Positions 24,701 to 35,300 of a stretch of 64,000 bases of DNA are shown here, piece by piece. The notes below the pieces were generated by a model, which saw nothing but the letters and a program-made list of their open reading frames with translations, made no database searches and had not been told where the DNA came from. Position numbers and translations under genes: made by a program. Each line of letters begins with the position of its first letter. The first letter of the stretch is position 1. The stretch comes from Amoebophrya sp. A120 (lineage: Eukaryota > Protista > Dinoflagellata), in the NCBI GenBank assembly GCA_905178155.1, contig CAJINV010000007.1, positions 68,799 to 132,798 of the forward strand, written 5' to 3'.

Positions 24701-25765
24701 ACCTGTTTGCCTTCGCGAGTCGTGGCGAATGCCTTTGATCTTACGAATGCGCTTGTACTTGTTCTAGTTTCGATGCAATATCATTGAGCCAGAAGGAAAA
24801 AAAAAACTTCTTGATTTTATAGATACCTCTTCCTTCTCTTGCTCCCGTGCCTCTTCCTCCCTTTTTCGCCGTTCCCGCTCTTTCTCATACTTCTATGCAA
24901 TACAAATTATTACCGTACTAGCACACATAATGAAACATACACACACAAAGCGCAGTTACAAATTTCGACATCAACTTAGAAAGAAGATGAGTGTGTAGCT
25001 ACTTGTCATGCGGAAGAGGGTGGAAGGCAAACTTTGTCATGCGGTGACCGCATTGGAGTCATCTTCGTCAGGTGCTCGTACGATTCATCTTTGCCGTGGG
25101 TAACTTGGTTTCCAGGTCCAGCTCGGTCTCGCAGGCGGCGCCCTCGTGCACTTCCTCTCCGTACCAGGCACAAATCTGCCGAAAAACGTCCACCGCTTGG
25201 TGGCTGCAGTCGATAAAGGCCGCGTCGCCGGGGTAATAGTATTTCTTGATCTCGTTTCCGAATTTTGACCAGGGAAACCCGAGCCCATGCTTTCTCCCGC
25301 ACATTTTTCCCAAGTTAATCAAGTATCCCGAGGAAAAACTACGGGGCCCACACCGCAGAGTCGTCAGGTAGATGGGGATTTTGCAACACGAACCTAGAAG
25401 CTCAAGCTTTGGGAGCCCTCACGCAGGAGCATGATAGACATAAACAGAATGTGCTAGTACTTGGGAGTCACGCATGACAATGTAGAAGTGCAGGTGAGCA
25501 AGGACAGCCGCATTGCAAATCCATCTGCTGATCCTGTTTACACCATTGCAAATTCCAAAATGCCTATCTTCATGGGGATGCGCATCACAAGTGTTCCCTG
25601 TCATTGCAGACCTGCATGACAACTCTGGTCGGGTGGGGACATTTTTACACAGGATATCAAGTCCCGGGCCTTCTCTTCGTCCTTGCAGCCGGGTTTGATG
25701 CGCTGCTTGAGAAACTGCATCAGCAGATGCTTCTTCTCTCGCCGCACATCCTTGGAGGTGCCCAT
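18768..25765 (-). CDS. Large Lys/Arg/Ser-rich low-complexity protein, at least 14 introners
   Basis: Junctions translated are in frame (e.g. DEKTT-AGMIKKDEEQDPGR-AEG, RSGS-DRRR, QREK-NAKKRH). Likely start MGTSKDVRREKKHLL at 25765. The segment 24580-25100 needs a frameshift or unresolved intron, and the 3' end could continue via a GT donor. Confidence 0.65.
19255..19478. mobile_element. Introner family C
   Basis: TIR; DR TCATC. Confidence 0.9.
19531..19792. mobile_element. Introner family B
   Basis: TIR; DR GCGCG/CCGCG. Confidence 0.88.
19842..20009. mobile_element. Introner (degenerate TIR)
   Basis: TATCA...TGATA; DR TGTCG; frame restored. Confidence 0.8.
20400..20544. mobile_element. Introner family A
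   Basis: TIR; DR CGTCT. Confidence 0.9.
20633..20884. mobile_element. Introner family B
   Basis: TIR; DR GCTGC. Confidence 0.9.
20972..21124. mobile_element. Introner family A
   Basis: TIR; DR CTGGA. Confidence 0.9.
21200..21375. mobile_element. Introner family A (degenerate)
   Basis: TAT...GTA; DR AAGAG. Confidence 0.8.
21436..21687. mobile_element. Introner family B
   Basis: TIR; DR TACTT. Confidence 0.9.
21818..21970. mobile_element. Introner family A
   Basis: TIR; DR GCTTT. Confidence 0.9.
22300..22455. mobile_element. Introner family A
   Basis: TIR; DR TGGAA. Confidence 0.9.
22635..22787. mobile_element. Introner family A
   Basis: TIR; DR CTGCT. Confidence 0.9.
23992..24136. mobile_element. 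Introner family A
   Basis: TIR; DR TTCTT/TCCTT. Confidence 0.88.
24222..24373. mobile_element. Introner family A
   Basis: TIR; DR CGGCT. Confidence 0.9.
25324..25656. mobile_element. Introner family D
   Basis: Imperfect TIR; DR TCAAG; joins EEKARDL-INLGKM. Confidence 0.82.
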
Positions 25766-28079
25766 TTTCTACAACTTGCGTTTCAAGGCACAAATAGTCT
25801 CGCCAGAAGCGATTCTTTTCGTTTATTTTCTCCACTCCAAAAGTAAATATGTTCCCAGAAGAAAAGATAAGGAGGCGAAGAAGGTGCAACTACATGGGCT
25901 ACATAAACTGCACTGAGATGACACCAGGGTTTCAAAAATTTCTAGGCGGAATTGAGCTGAAGATGGGATGTCACTCTGGTCGTCCTTCTATACTAGAACT
26001 TAGTCCTTCTAAACGGAGCTGCGACTCTTACTTGTCCAACCAGCACGGACGACGGATACGACAGTACATAAGCTGAAAATGAAAAAATGTTTGTAGAAGA
26101 GGTATGATTTTTCATCTTTTCTATACTGTTGATGTTTCGTCGAAGATTTTTGAACGACTCACCTGTACAGGTAGACCTTGACGGAACATATTTCGAGCTG
26201 CAAGCTTTGAACATATTATCTTCTTAGCAAGTAGCGACTTCGAACATTTGATTGATATCGACGTCTGGATCTGCATTTCTTGCAGAACGGAAGAATCATT
26301 TGAAAGCGTCCATTTATAGCACTTTCTAGTACAGAAAGCAGTCGATTTCGTTTCAGTGCATTTTTGATGTCTCTTATTTTTCATCGATGCAAGGAGTAGA
26401 CGAGCATGAAAATAATACGTGGTCGGCGATCGTGTTTACTAGTGTACTCTCTTTGCTCTTTTGCTACATACAAACCTCGGACAAAAAGGGCGTCGGTCCG
26501 TGAGGACGAGCAAGCAACAGTAAAAAATTGCGAAGATCTTCCTAAACGCTGTTCCTCCTGATGATCACTTTGACTTTCAGAAAGACAGAACTTCTTGTCC
26601 TCTTTCACCAGCTCGGCAAGACTTGGCTCAGGGCCTGGTCGTGTTGTTGAACACTTTATCGACTTCTTCAACTTCAAATTCTATCTGGATCAAATGCTTG
26701 CTCTGTTTATTCCCTTTCATTCTTGAACATCCTCAAAGAGAGCGCATGGGGTGCTGTCTCCGGACCTGCGGTCCTCGCATAGTTGGGCTGGATGTTCAAA
26801 GTGCCTTTTGCTCTACACAACAGAGTTGAGAGCTCTTCCTTTTTTCACAGTAAGTTTCCTGTGGTGGCGGGATGTGTGGCTGCAACTAACCGAAAGCATG
26901 ATCTCGGTGTTATTTCACCACCATAAAGATAAATCCACACTCACGCTGCTGGATATTCGAATTACTTTTTGCTCTATACACCCACGCGACAGAGCTGAGA
27001 GCTCGTCTTTTTCTTATGGTTTCCTGTGGTGGTATGTCTGTGTCGCATGACATAATCAATGATAATTTTTCGTGAGCATACATTTCACCGCCATAAACCC
27101 ACATTCACTTTGTCGTGTTTAGCTTGTTGTTTACAATTACAGGCTCGACTCGAGTAGACCTCGTGGTCGTGTCATGTAGTTGGACAAGAATTCTTGGCAA
27201 CAGGGAACAACTAAAAAGTACTTCTCGAGTAGGTGGTCTAAACCCACCTCGTGGTCGTGTCATTTAGTTTTAGTTGGACAATTGGCACCAAGGAACTAAG
27301 CTGTTCTTAAAATAACTCGAAAGAAGTCGGAGTTCTTCATGTACTTCCTTCGTAACATATATATTAAAAATGAAGCTGGCTATAACATTAACCTCGCAAT
27401 AAGCTCTCGCACCACCCCTGTGCAAGACAAAGAAAGACAATTCCTTGTCCTTGCCTTTTTGCTTGCAGTGTGCTCGTCGAGAACAAATAACGAAAGGATT
27501 TTGCTTTTACAGTTGTTGTTCTCAAGATGTTTGTAGTGCCGTTTTGTAGCATGCGCTGTCATCGCATGCTAAGTCACACATTATACATAGATACATTTAA
27601 TAAAATAGAGAAAAACGTACGCAGCTCGCGAAATTTTCAGAAAAGAAGTCGTTTGTCATTTTTATTTCGAGAACTCATGATGGCATGCGAAATCTGTTAT
27701 TTCTCGGAGAGAAATTGTTGTATGGAATAGTGCATTTTCGTCCTTTCGCGTTGCAATAGAAGTACAGAGTTTTGTCAACATATTAGGGCCAACAAGGCTA
27801 AAAAAGTTGTGTAGTTGTGCCGTAACGTAAAAAATACTTGGCTCTGTTTGCTTTGATGCCTCCTGGTGTTGGGATATTAAAGACTTAGAGGTAGACTTTC
27901 ACAGCAACCGTCATGCAGTGATGCCATGCTTCTGTTCTTCTACTCTCGTCAAAGATATAAAAAAACGAGCAAACTCTAGCTTTGCTTTTACTACGTAAAG
28001 CTGATTTTAGGCAACGCTTGCTTATCCATTTTATGAAAGAGCATCAAGTTGATGATGATGATGTTACCCAGTAAAGGGT

Positions 28080-28841
28080 TTAAAAGAGGATTTCTATCAT
28101 TATGGCAGCACGGTTACTTAGTGGATCATGTTGGGCACCTCCAGGCGCGGCCGCAGAAGTGGCTCCAGACGGCGCGGATCCTTGCGCCGCTGCACCATGC
28201 CCCCCCACCAACATTTGCACAGTAGTTTCGTGCCCCACAGCGATCCCCGGTGGAAGGCGCGGAAGACCACTGCCTTCCGCTCTGTGGTGCGCTACCGGGA
28301 CGCGCCGCTGCAGTTGTTGGCTTTTCTTTTCTCGCCAATCGCAGCAGGCTACGCCAAAGCAAGCGGAGCCAATAGAAACTACTGCGTGCGCCGGGGTACA
28401 ACCGGACGCCATCCCAGCAACGCAGCCAGCGCCTCCGGCGACAACTCCGGCTGTCGCAGCCGCTTTTTGAAAAAGAATGCACCGACGTCGCGTCGACATC
28501 TCATCGGGTATAGCAACAACCTCCACATTGGGGTCGAGCCTTGCTCTGCGGCGTCGGCCATTTGTCTGAGCAGCGGGAGGCACATTTCCCCCGGACGACG
28601 AGGAGGAAGCACCGCCCATGGTCTGCTGTTGTGGCGCGGACGCGGCCCCGGACGACGAGGAGGAAGCACCGCCCATGGTCTGCTGTTGTGGCACCTTATG
28701 CATTGCAAGAACTAGGTCTGCGTCTGAAACTAGATTGTCGAAGTAGAAGAACTTGTGCTGGCATGAAGCCCGAAAATACAACTCTTGAGTTCCTCTGTGT
28801 CTGTAGTGCATGTTGCGGAAAGTAGAAATTATTAATAGCAC
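28080..28841 (-). CDS. Hypothetical low-complexity protein with internal PQQQTMGGASSSSSG duplication
   Basis: 253-codon open frame, GC-rich, with a Gly/Ala hydrophobic stretch; start uncertain; no recognisable domain. Confidence 0.45.
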   Translation of the reverse strand: MLLIISTFRNMHYRHRGTQELYFRASCQHKFFYFDNLVSDADLVLAMHKVPQQQTMGGASSSSSGAASAPQQQTMGGASSSSSGGNVPPAAQTNGRRRRARLDPNVEVVAIPDEMSTRRRCILFQKAAATAGVVAGGAGCVAGMASGCTPAHAVVSIGSACFGVACCDWREKKSQQLQRRVPVAHHRAEGSGLPRLPPGIAVGHETTVQMLVGGHGAAAQGSAPSGATSAAAPGGAQHDPLSNRAAIMIEILF

Positions 28842-29000
28842 TATTAACTAGCGCTATAACTTCTAATTTCTGCTTTATTAGGAAGCTGCTTTATTTTAAT
28901 AGGTACCATGCGCAATACACACTGTAGAAACAAACGATCGTCATGCTTGGCTGAGTACTTTCCGCTCAGTCGCGAAGATCCGAAGATCAATCCAAAAATG

Positions 29001-29465
29001 CTACTCAATATCATGACAACTTTTAATTATATTCCAGACACAGATCGATATTTTCGGTTGATACAGATGATGTGCCTCGACCGGCGGTGACGGGACTGCT
29101 GTTGCGACGCCAGCCGGACTGCTGTTGCGGGGACGCGGTTGCGGCACGAGCCCCCGGACTGGTGTTGCGCTGCGATTGCCATCACGCCGCCGTCTCTGCC
29201 GCTCGCGGCGTTCATCAGCTGTAAAAAAGCGACCCCCGTTTTGTTGTTCTGCATTGTTTCGCGCTTCAAGCATGTGAGGATCGTTGGTGATATTATTTCT
29301 GGACCTGTTTATAGCTCTGTCGGTAAACGAAATGCCACTCGCACTGGCACGTTCGCTCTCTGTGATCGGTTGCATAATCGTATCCGCATGTCGGATAGAT
29401 GTAGATGTTCGCGTCGTCCGGAGAGTACTATCAAAATGAAAATCCTCCCACGGCCCCGTATTCAA
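29001..29465 (-). CDS. Possible hypothetical protein or exon
   Basis: 154-codon open frame with protein-like composition only. Confidence 0.3.
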   Translation of the reverse strand: MNTGPWEDFHFDSTLRTTRTSTSIRHADTIMQPITESERASASGISFTDRAINRSRNNITNDPHMLEARNNAEQQNGGRFFTADERRERQRRRRDGNRSATPVRGLVPQPRPRNSSPAGVATAVPSPPVEAHHLYQPKISICVWNIIKSCHDIE

Positions 29466-29898
29466 AAGGCGACTTCTGGTCTCGGAAGTCTAAGGACAGG
29501 GCGTCCCTGAAGTGGTACACGATCAACTAAAACCTTAAACCACCGCTATCGCGAGGCACCGTGCGCACACGAACATATTAAAGCACCTAGTTACCCAATA
29601 ATAAAGGCTGTACCATCAAAAGGCGACTTCTGTATGCTGGATTTGCATTTGCGTACGCGTGCGCAAAATAACGGGCTTGTATTGCAGAAAGGGCCTGGAG
29701 GCATTTATTTCTGACCCTGTTGATTGGGTCGTTTGCAGAAGGCTAGCAATTGAATACGGCAATGATTTTTGCAGCTGGCATCAAAAGGAAAAGCCTAAGC
29801 CTTGCGCATCCATTACATATTGATTGGTTTTGGAAAATACGCCATATGGTTCCACCACAGCCTCGGTAGCCGTATCATGCAAGACGAGGCTGATTTTT

Positions 29899-30670
29899 TC
29901 ACATGACGGCGGCGACAAATGAGTCGGCATCACAAGTAGGTTCCATTTTGAGGAGGGGGCGGAGGGGGGATTTTTCATCTGAATAAATACTCCTGGGCGG
30001 GGCGGCGGGCAAATCGACGTGAGGGAAGGGCTCGCCGCCGCCAAGATCGGAAGCAGCCGACAAGAACGAGTCTCCTGCGCTACTTGCAGACGTGAACGAG
30101 GAGCTCGGTTCATCCACTGCAAATATGTCTGGGTCGTCCGGTAGAGCGCAGAAGCAGTGTTTCTCATCCAGGTTTTGCATGGCCGAGAACATCTGCAATG
30201 CAGAGCGTAACATCACAGATTTGTATTATATTTGCGGGAGCTTTGCAATGCCTTACTCAGCATGAGAAATCATCTCTCAGTGTGGCCAGAAATTCAAGCT
30301 ATTTTTGGTTTTGCTGCTCACGCATGACAGATTTTTGTGTGACTGACGAAGAGCATGACAAGCTTGCATCTTTCCAGGATACCCACACATATTTGCATTT
30401 GATACAGCTGCAAACGCAGGCCGACCACGTGGTCCAACAGCAATCCTTTATGCATTGCAAAAGTATCCATCGCATCACGCATTACAAATCTTTTATTTTC
30501 TACCTAGGGCAAATCCGCAAAACAAATTTTATTTCTCATCATGCTGAGGAAATTCAAATTTGTAATGCATTTATACGAGTACGATACTTTTCCAATCCAT
30601 ATCCTTGGTGCAGAAACCAAACCCGCAGAAAACAGGCACGCAAGACGACACTGGCCCCGGCACGCACCAT
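29899..30670 (-). CDS. Small putative secreted protein with 2 introners (3' end uncertain)
   Basis: MVRAGASVVLRACFLRVWFLHQG-LLLDHVVGLRLQx-SSSFTSASSAGD... after removing two elements. Confidence 0.5.
30111..30404. mobile_element. Introner family B (degenerate)
   Basis: Recognisable but mutated TIRs; DR eroded (CGGTT/CAGCT). Confidence 0.65.
30449..30601. mobile_element. Introner family A
   Basis: TIR; DR TCCTT. Confidence 0.85.
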
Positions 30671-32364
30671 TTTTTTTTTTCTGCAGCTGCTTCGAGATTG
30701 GTGAGAAAGAAAATGTTTGTAAATAGAAGTTCTTGCGGAGTACTAGTAGATGCGGAAGAACTACTTACTACTTTTTCTTAAACAAATGCAAGGTATGTAC
30801 TTTTCAAAGGGGACTCCAAAACGATTTTTGCAGCTCGTTGTTGAAGATGAAGATGAAGTGCTATTCGTGCTTGGTGTAGCAATTAAGATGTCGAATTAAT
30901 GGAAAGCTGTTCAGTTCTTCTCAGTCCCGTTTTATTGAAAACGGTCGTGAAGATCGATGTAGAGGCCGTGGAGGCTGCTGTTGTAAAAATAAACGGAAAG
31001 CAAATGAGTAATGAATATGACGACGATGGAGGAGGTAGTCGTATATTGTTGTCAGCAGTCTTCGTCAGTTGTAAATATTGGAAAACAGGAGGCGAGAGGA
31101 GGTTGTAGTTGCGAGGTTGCTGCTTTTTTTTTACCGCGAAAAGAATCTTCTCTTTCCATTAATTTTGTGACGAGAATTTGAATTTCGCGACCGAGGAGCA
31201 GAGTTTGTTCTTGCAGAAAATAATTTCTGAAACGCTTTCATGGAGCGAGGGATCTTGAGACCGACCGCGATGGAAAGTATGTATAGTATGTCACTACACA
31301 GGAGGAACTCAGCCTCCCTCCCTCCAGATCACCGATGCTGGTCGACGTGCATGACCAAGAACTTTAAATTGCATTCAACAAGATCCTTTTTTTTCAACTT
31401 TGATATCTCGTCGTGTTGACCGCTTCCAGTCACACTTCGATATAGTTGCACTTAGCTAGTAATTCATCCAAGATCATCTTCAAAAGGGTCTCTCTCTTTG
31501 TACTATTTCAAGGATCTTCGACATTCATTTCGCAGAGTCCGACGATGTAGTTCCACCGATAATGAGGTCCTCGTGAGAGCGCGTCTTGAGGTGAAAACAC
31601 TACAAAAAAATTTCCCACACACGTGCATACTGCTACTGTACCACCAACTTCGCCAAATAAAAATTTCCGCATATTTATGATTGCCCCTTACCATGCTGCA
31701 TAGGAGTGAAAAAAAATTTTGTCATGCAGAAACCAAAGAAATCCAATGAGTGTGCGTCGTCGTCGTGTGTGGGAAATTTACTATGGGTACTAGAAAAAGT
31801 TGGACCAAGTCTTGTGTATAATAGCTTTCTTTACTGGTCGACTAGGCCTCGAGGAAATATCAGGGTGGTAAGAGAAAAATAACCACTCAGAACACGCGGG
31901 TCGTGCATTAGATAATGCGAAAGAAAAAACACAACACTTCTTCGTCTTTGTCCTGTGCATCATTTGATTTCAAAAAAACGGCAACATACGAAGAAGAGGA
32001 CACGCATTTGTAGTTTCAAAAGCGACTACTTCCGCGCTGGTGCTTTTTGATCATCTCGACTGACCACCACGCCCTACGACTTACTTGTTGGACTAATCTG
32101 TTTTGCTTTTGCTCTTTGTTGAATGGTAAAAAAGCTCAACATCAGGATTGATGATGTAGTTCCGGGTTGTTTTATCACTTATTCGCCAATTGGAATTGCT
32201 TTGCTTTTGATGTTTATCGTTTAGATAACCTTGTTGGGTATTGGTATAATTTAGTGACTTCTTCCGAATTCTTTTTGCTCGCAGGAACTGCTGCACAAGC
32301 ACAAAAAGCATATGCTACATTCTGCTTCACAGCCTGATGAAAGTCCTCCTCCTCCTCCTCCTCC

Positions 32365-35300
32365 TCACGCAGAGCCCGACACCCGTATCTTGTCCGGAAG
32401 CCCGGCTCGCTGTGGGATATCGCGTTCCCAAACGTTCTTACCCTCTCAACTGTTACACGAAAAATTTGTGACGTAAGAATAGCAAAAGCGAAAAGGGAGA
32501 GCTTGTTGAACCTGTCGCGTTACAAATTGGGCACAGATTCGCTATGAGCCTGTTTAGCAATTCGAGGATTTGCCAGGCGAAGCATGTACCTCGACCGTGC
32601 GTGTGGCAGCTGAAAGTAATTTTGCATGACAAACAAGGCCCACGCGTGGGAGCAGGGTCCCCACGCTGGGGCCTTGTGTGCGCCCCTAGTGGCGCGAGTG
32701 GGAGAAGGGTGTTCGGCATCAGGGCGGACAGTGTCCCCCCTCGGCCTCGGCCTCGCCTCACATCAGGAGGCGCGCGCATAGCGACTTAGTGCGAGAAGCG
32801 CGACTCCCGGGGGCAGGCTGTTCGGCAGCGGGGCGGACGATTCGAAACCGCCCCTGGAAAAGAAATCCGGCCCCAAAGTTGCTTGTGCGCAACACAGATC
32901 GGAGATTTCTTTCCCCGGGCGGTATGGACTTTCCACGCCGCGTCCTGCGGGAGCCAAAGCGAGGGCGTAGAAAGTCCATACCGCTCGTGAAAAAGAAATC
33001 CGGCCCCAAAGTTGCTTTTGCGTAACACAGCTCGGCGATTTCTTTCCCCGGGCGGTATGGACTTTCTACGCCCCGTCCTGCGGGAGCCAAGACGAGGGCG
33101 TAGAAAGTCCATATCGCCCGTGAAAAAGAAATCCGGCCCCAAAGTTGCTTTTGCGCAACACAGATCGGAGATTTCTTTCCCCGGACGGTATGGACTTTCT
33201 ACGCCGCGTCCTGCGGGAGCCAAGGCGAGGGCGTAGAAATTCCATACGTGGAAAAGAAATCCCGTCCCCAAGTTGCTTTCGCGCATACACAGATTGGAGA
33301 TATCTTTCCCCGGGCGGTATGGACTTTCTACGCCGCGTCCTGCGGGAGCCAAGGCGAGGGCGTAGAAATTCCATACCGCCCGTGGAAAAGAAATCCGGTC
33401 CCAAAGTTGCTTTTGCGCAACACAGATCGGAGATTTCTTTCTCCGGGCGGCATGGACTTTCTATGCCGCGTCCTGCGGGAGCCAAGACGAGGGCTGTTTA
33501 GCACTTCGAGGATTTGCCACGCGAAGCACGTCGACCGTGTGGCAGCTGCTAGCTGCAATTTTGCATGACAAATCATGTAACAGCTGAGAAAGCAATCGAT
33601 TTGAGAAACCCATACGGGAACAGCTTCTCGTACAGAAACACCCGCTATGGAAATGCACAACTTCCCCTCCTCCCCGTCATTTGTGGTCATGGCAAATCCC
33701 AAAAATTAATGCACACTGATGTGCCTCTTCCTCTTGGCACTGTTTGCATGAGCATGCCAAGTTCTAGCTGCAACCCAAATGAAACTTCTACACTGCTGTG
33801 CAAATTTCTGATGCAAAACCAGCAGGCTTGCTGCCGCTTGAATTGCCGTTGCGTTCATGGTATACAAATCAATGAGGGGGAGCGGGACGAGTTATGCAGT
33901 CGGATACCAGCGCTTCCTCACTTGCGAGAATGCCTTCGATGTTCGGCGGGTACCTTTATTTCTTTCGAGGATTTTTTGTCATGCGACAATCCCATTCACA
34001 ACAAGTGCGGAGCAGGTACTATGATGCAAGTGAGCACTTCTTGTTATGCAATGATAAAGCAGTTTTCATACAGAACCAGAAGTAACAGTATAGTACCTTC
34101 CTTTCCCCAACTGCTTTCGCGATTCGTCGATGCACTGGAGGAAAAATTCTTCCAATATCGCGGGAAAAAACTGCTTCGTTGTCGTGAACTTGTGATGCAG
34201 GAAATGAAGCGCTATAGTGTTTGTCTTGCTACTACACCTGCGAAGACATTAGATTTTCAACCGTGTAGCTTTCCCTTGGGAAGTGCGCATGGCAAATTCC
34301 CTGCGTCACGTGTCGCGAACTTGTGACGCAGATCTTGCAAAATCATCACAGTGAGACAGTTTTTTCGTGGGATATCCAAGCCTGACTTTCTACTAAAATG
34401 GTCGGCTATGAACTGCAAAAGTATCGTACTCGTATATATGCATTACAAATTTCCTCAGCATGACACAAAAAATTTGTAATGCTGATCTACCTTTGAGAAA
34501 AAGATTTGTAATGCATGATCGCAATACGAGTACGATGCTTTTGCAGTGCATATCGGCCCGCTGACTCCTCAGACTCCTTGCTTTCGCCTGCTCTTCTCGC
34601 AGGCATTATGGTGTTCTCAAGCGTTACGCTCTCAACTGCCTATTTTACGATGAATTTGTGACGCAAGAACAGCAACAGTGAAATCGGCAAGCTTGCAACT
34701 TTCGCATCACAAATTTGGCACAGATCAAGATGCTAGTAGGTACTTAGCCCTATTCAATAATCTGTCATGCGAAGTAGTTTGGTCCTCTGGCGGCCTTCTT
34801 GTGGTAATCGTAATTTTCCATGACAACAAATCATGTCACAGCTGAGAATGCAACTGATTTGAGAATCCGATAGACACTCCTGCAGTCTTCTAATCGCGTC
34901 CACATACGTATCCCGAGACAAAAAACTGTCTCACTAGTCTCAAACCGCACTAGTATTTGCACGACACTCAGCAACACAAATTCTTCGACCAGCATGAGCA
35001 TATCTACTACTCAAGGACACTGTCCGCATAAGAAATTACAAGAGGAGTGACTGAAACAGCTTTTTGCGTTTCCATCGATAATAGGCGATTTTTTCCAAGT
35101 CCGAGGGGTTTGACTCGTTGTTGGCCGTAGTTTCGTGTATGGCAAGCTGTTTGTTCTTCTCGTCTTGCTTGGATTGCAGGGCGACCTTGTTGTTCGGATT
35201 TAAGTGTTGTTCAATCATCGAATTTGTTTATTCTACATCAGTGCTGTTCTGTTTCTTCTCGGAACTTGATTTAGTTTTCTCGTCGTCCGTCGTGTCTTAT

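Noticed and set aside
24894-25045. Additional introner starting TATGCAATAC
   Set aside because: Internal 9-mers are present, but no matching right TIR or direct repeat could be located.
32857-33492. Second CRISPR-like array and its overlapping ORFs
   Set aside because: Whole units repeat with no spacers; the ORFs are by-products of a GC-rich repeat.
33565-34326. 253-aa + strand ORF
   Set aside because: It runs across three introners and antisense exons of the - strand gene.
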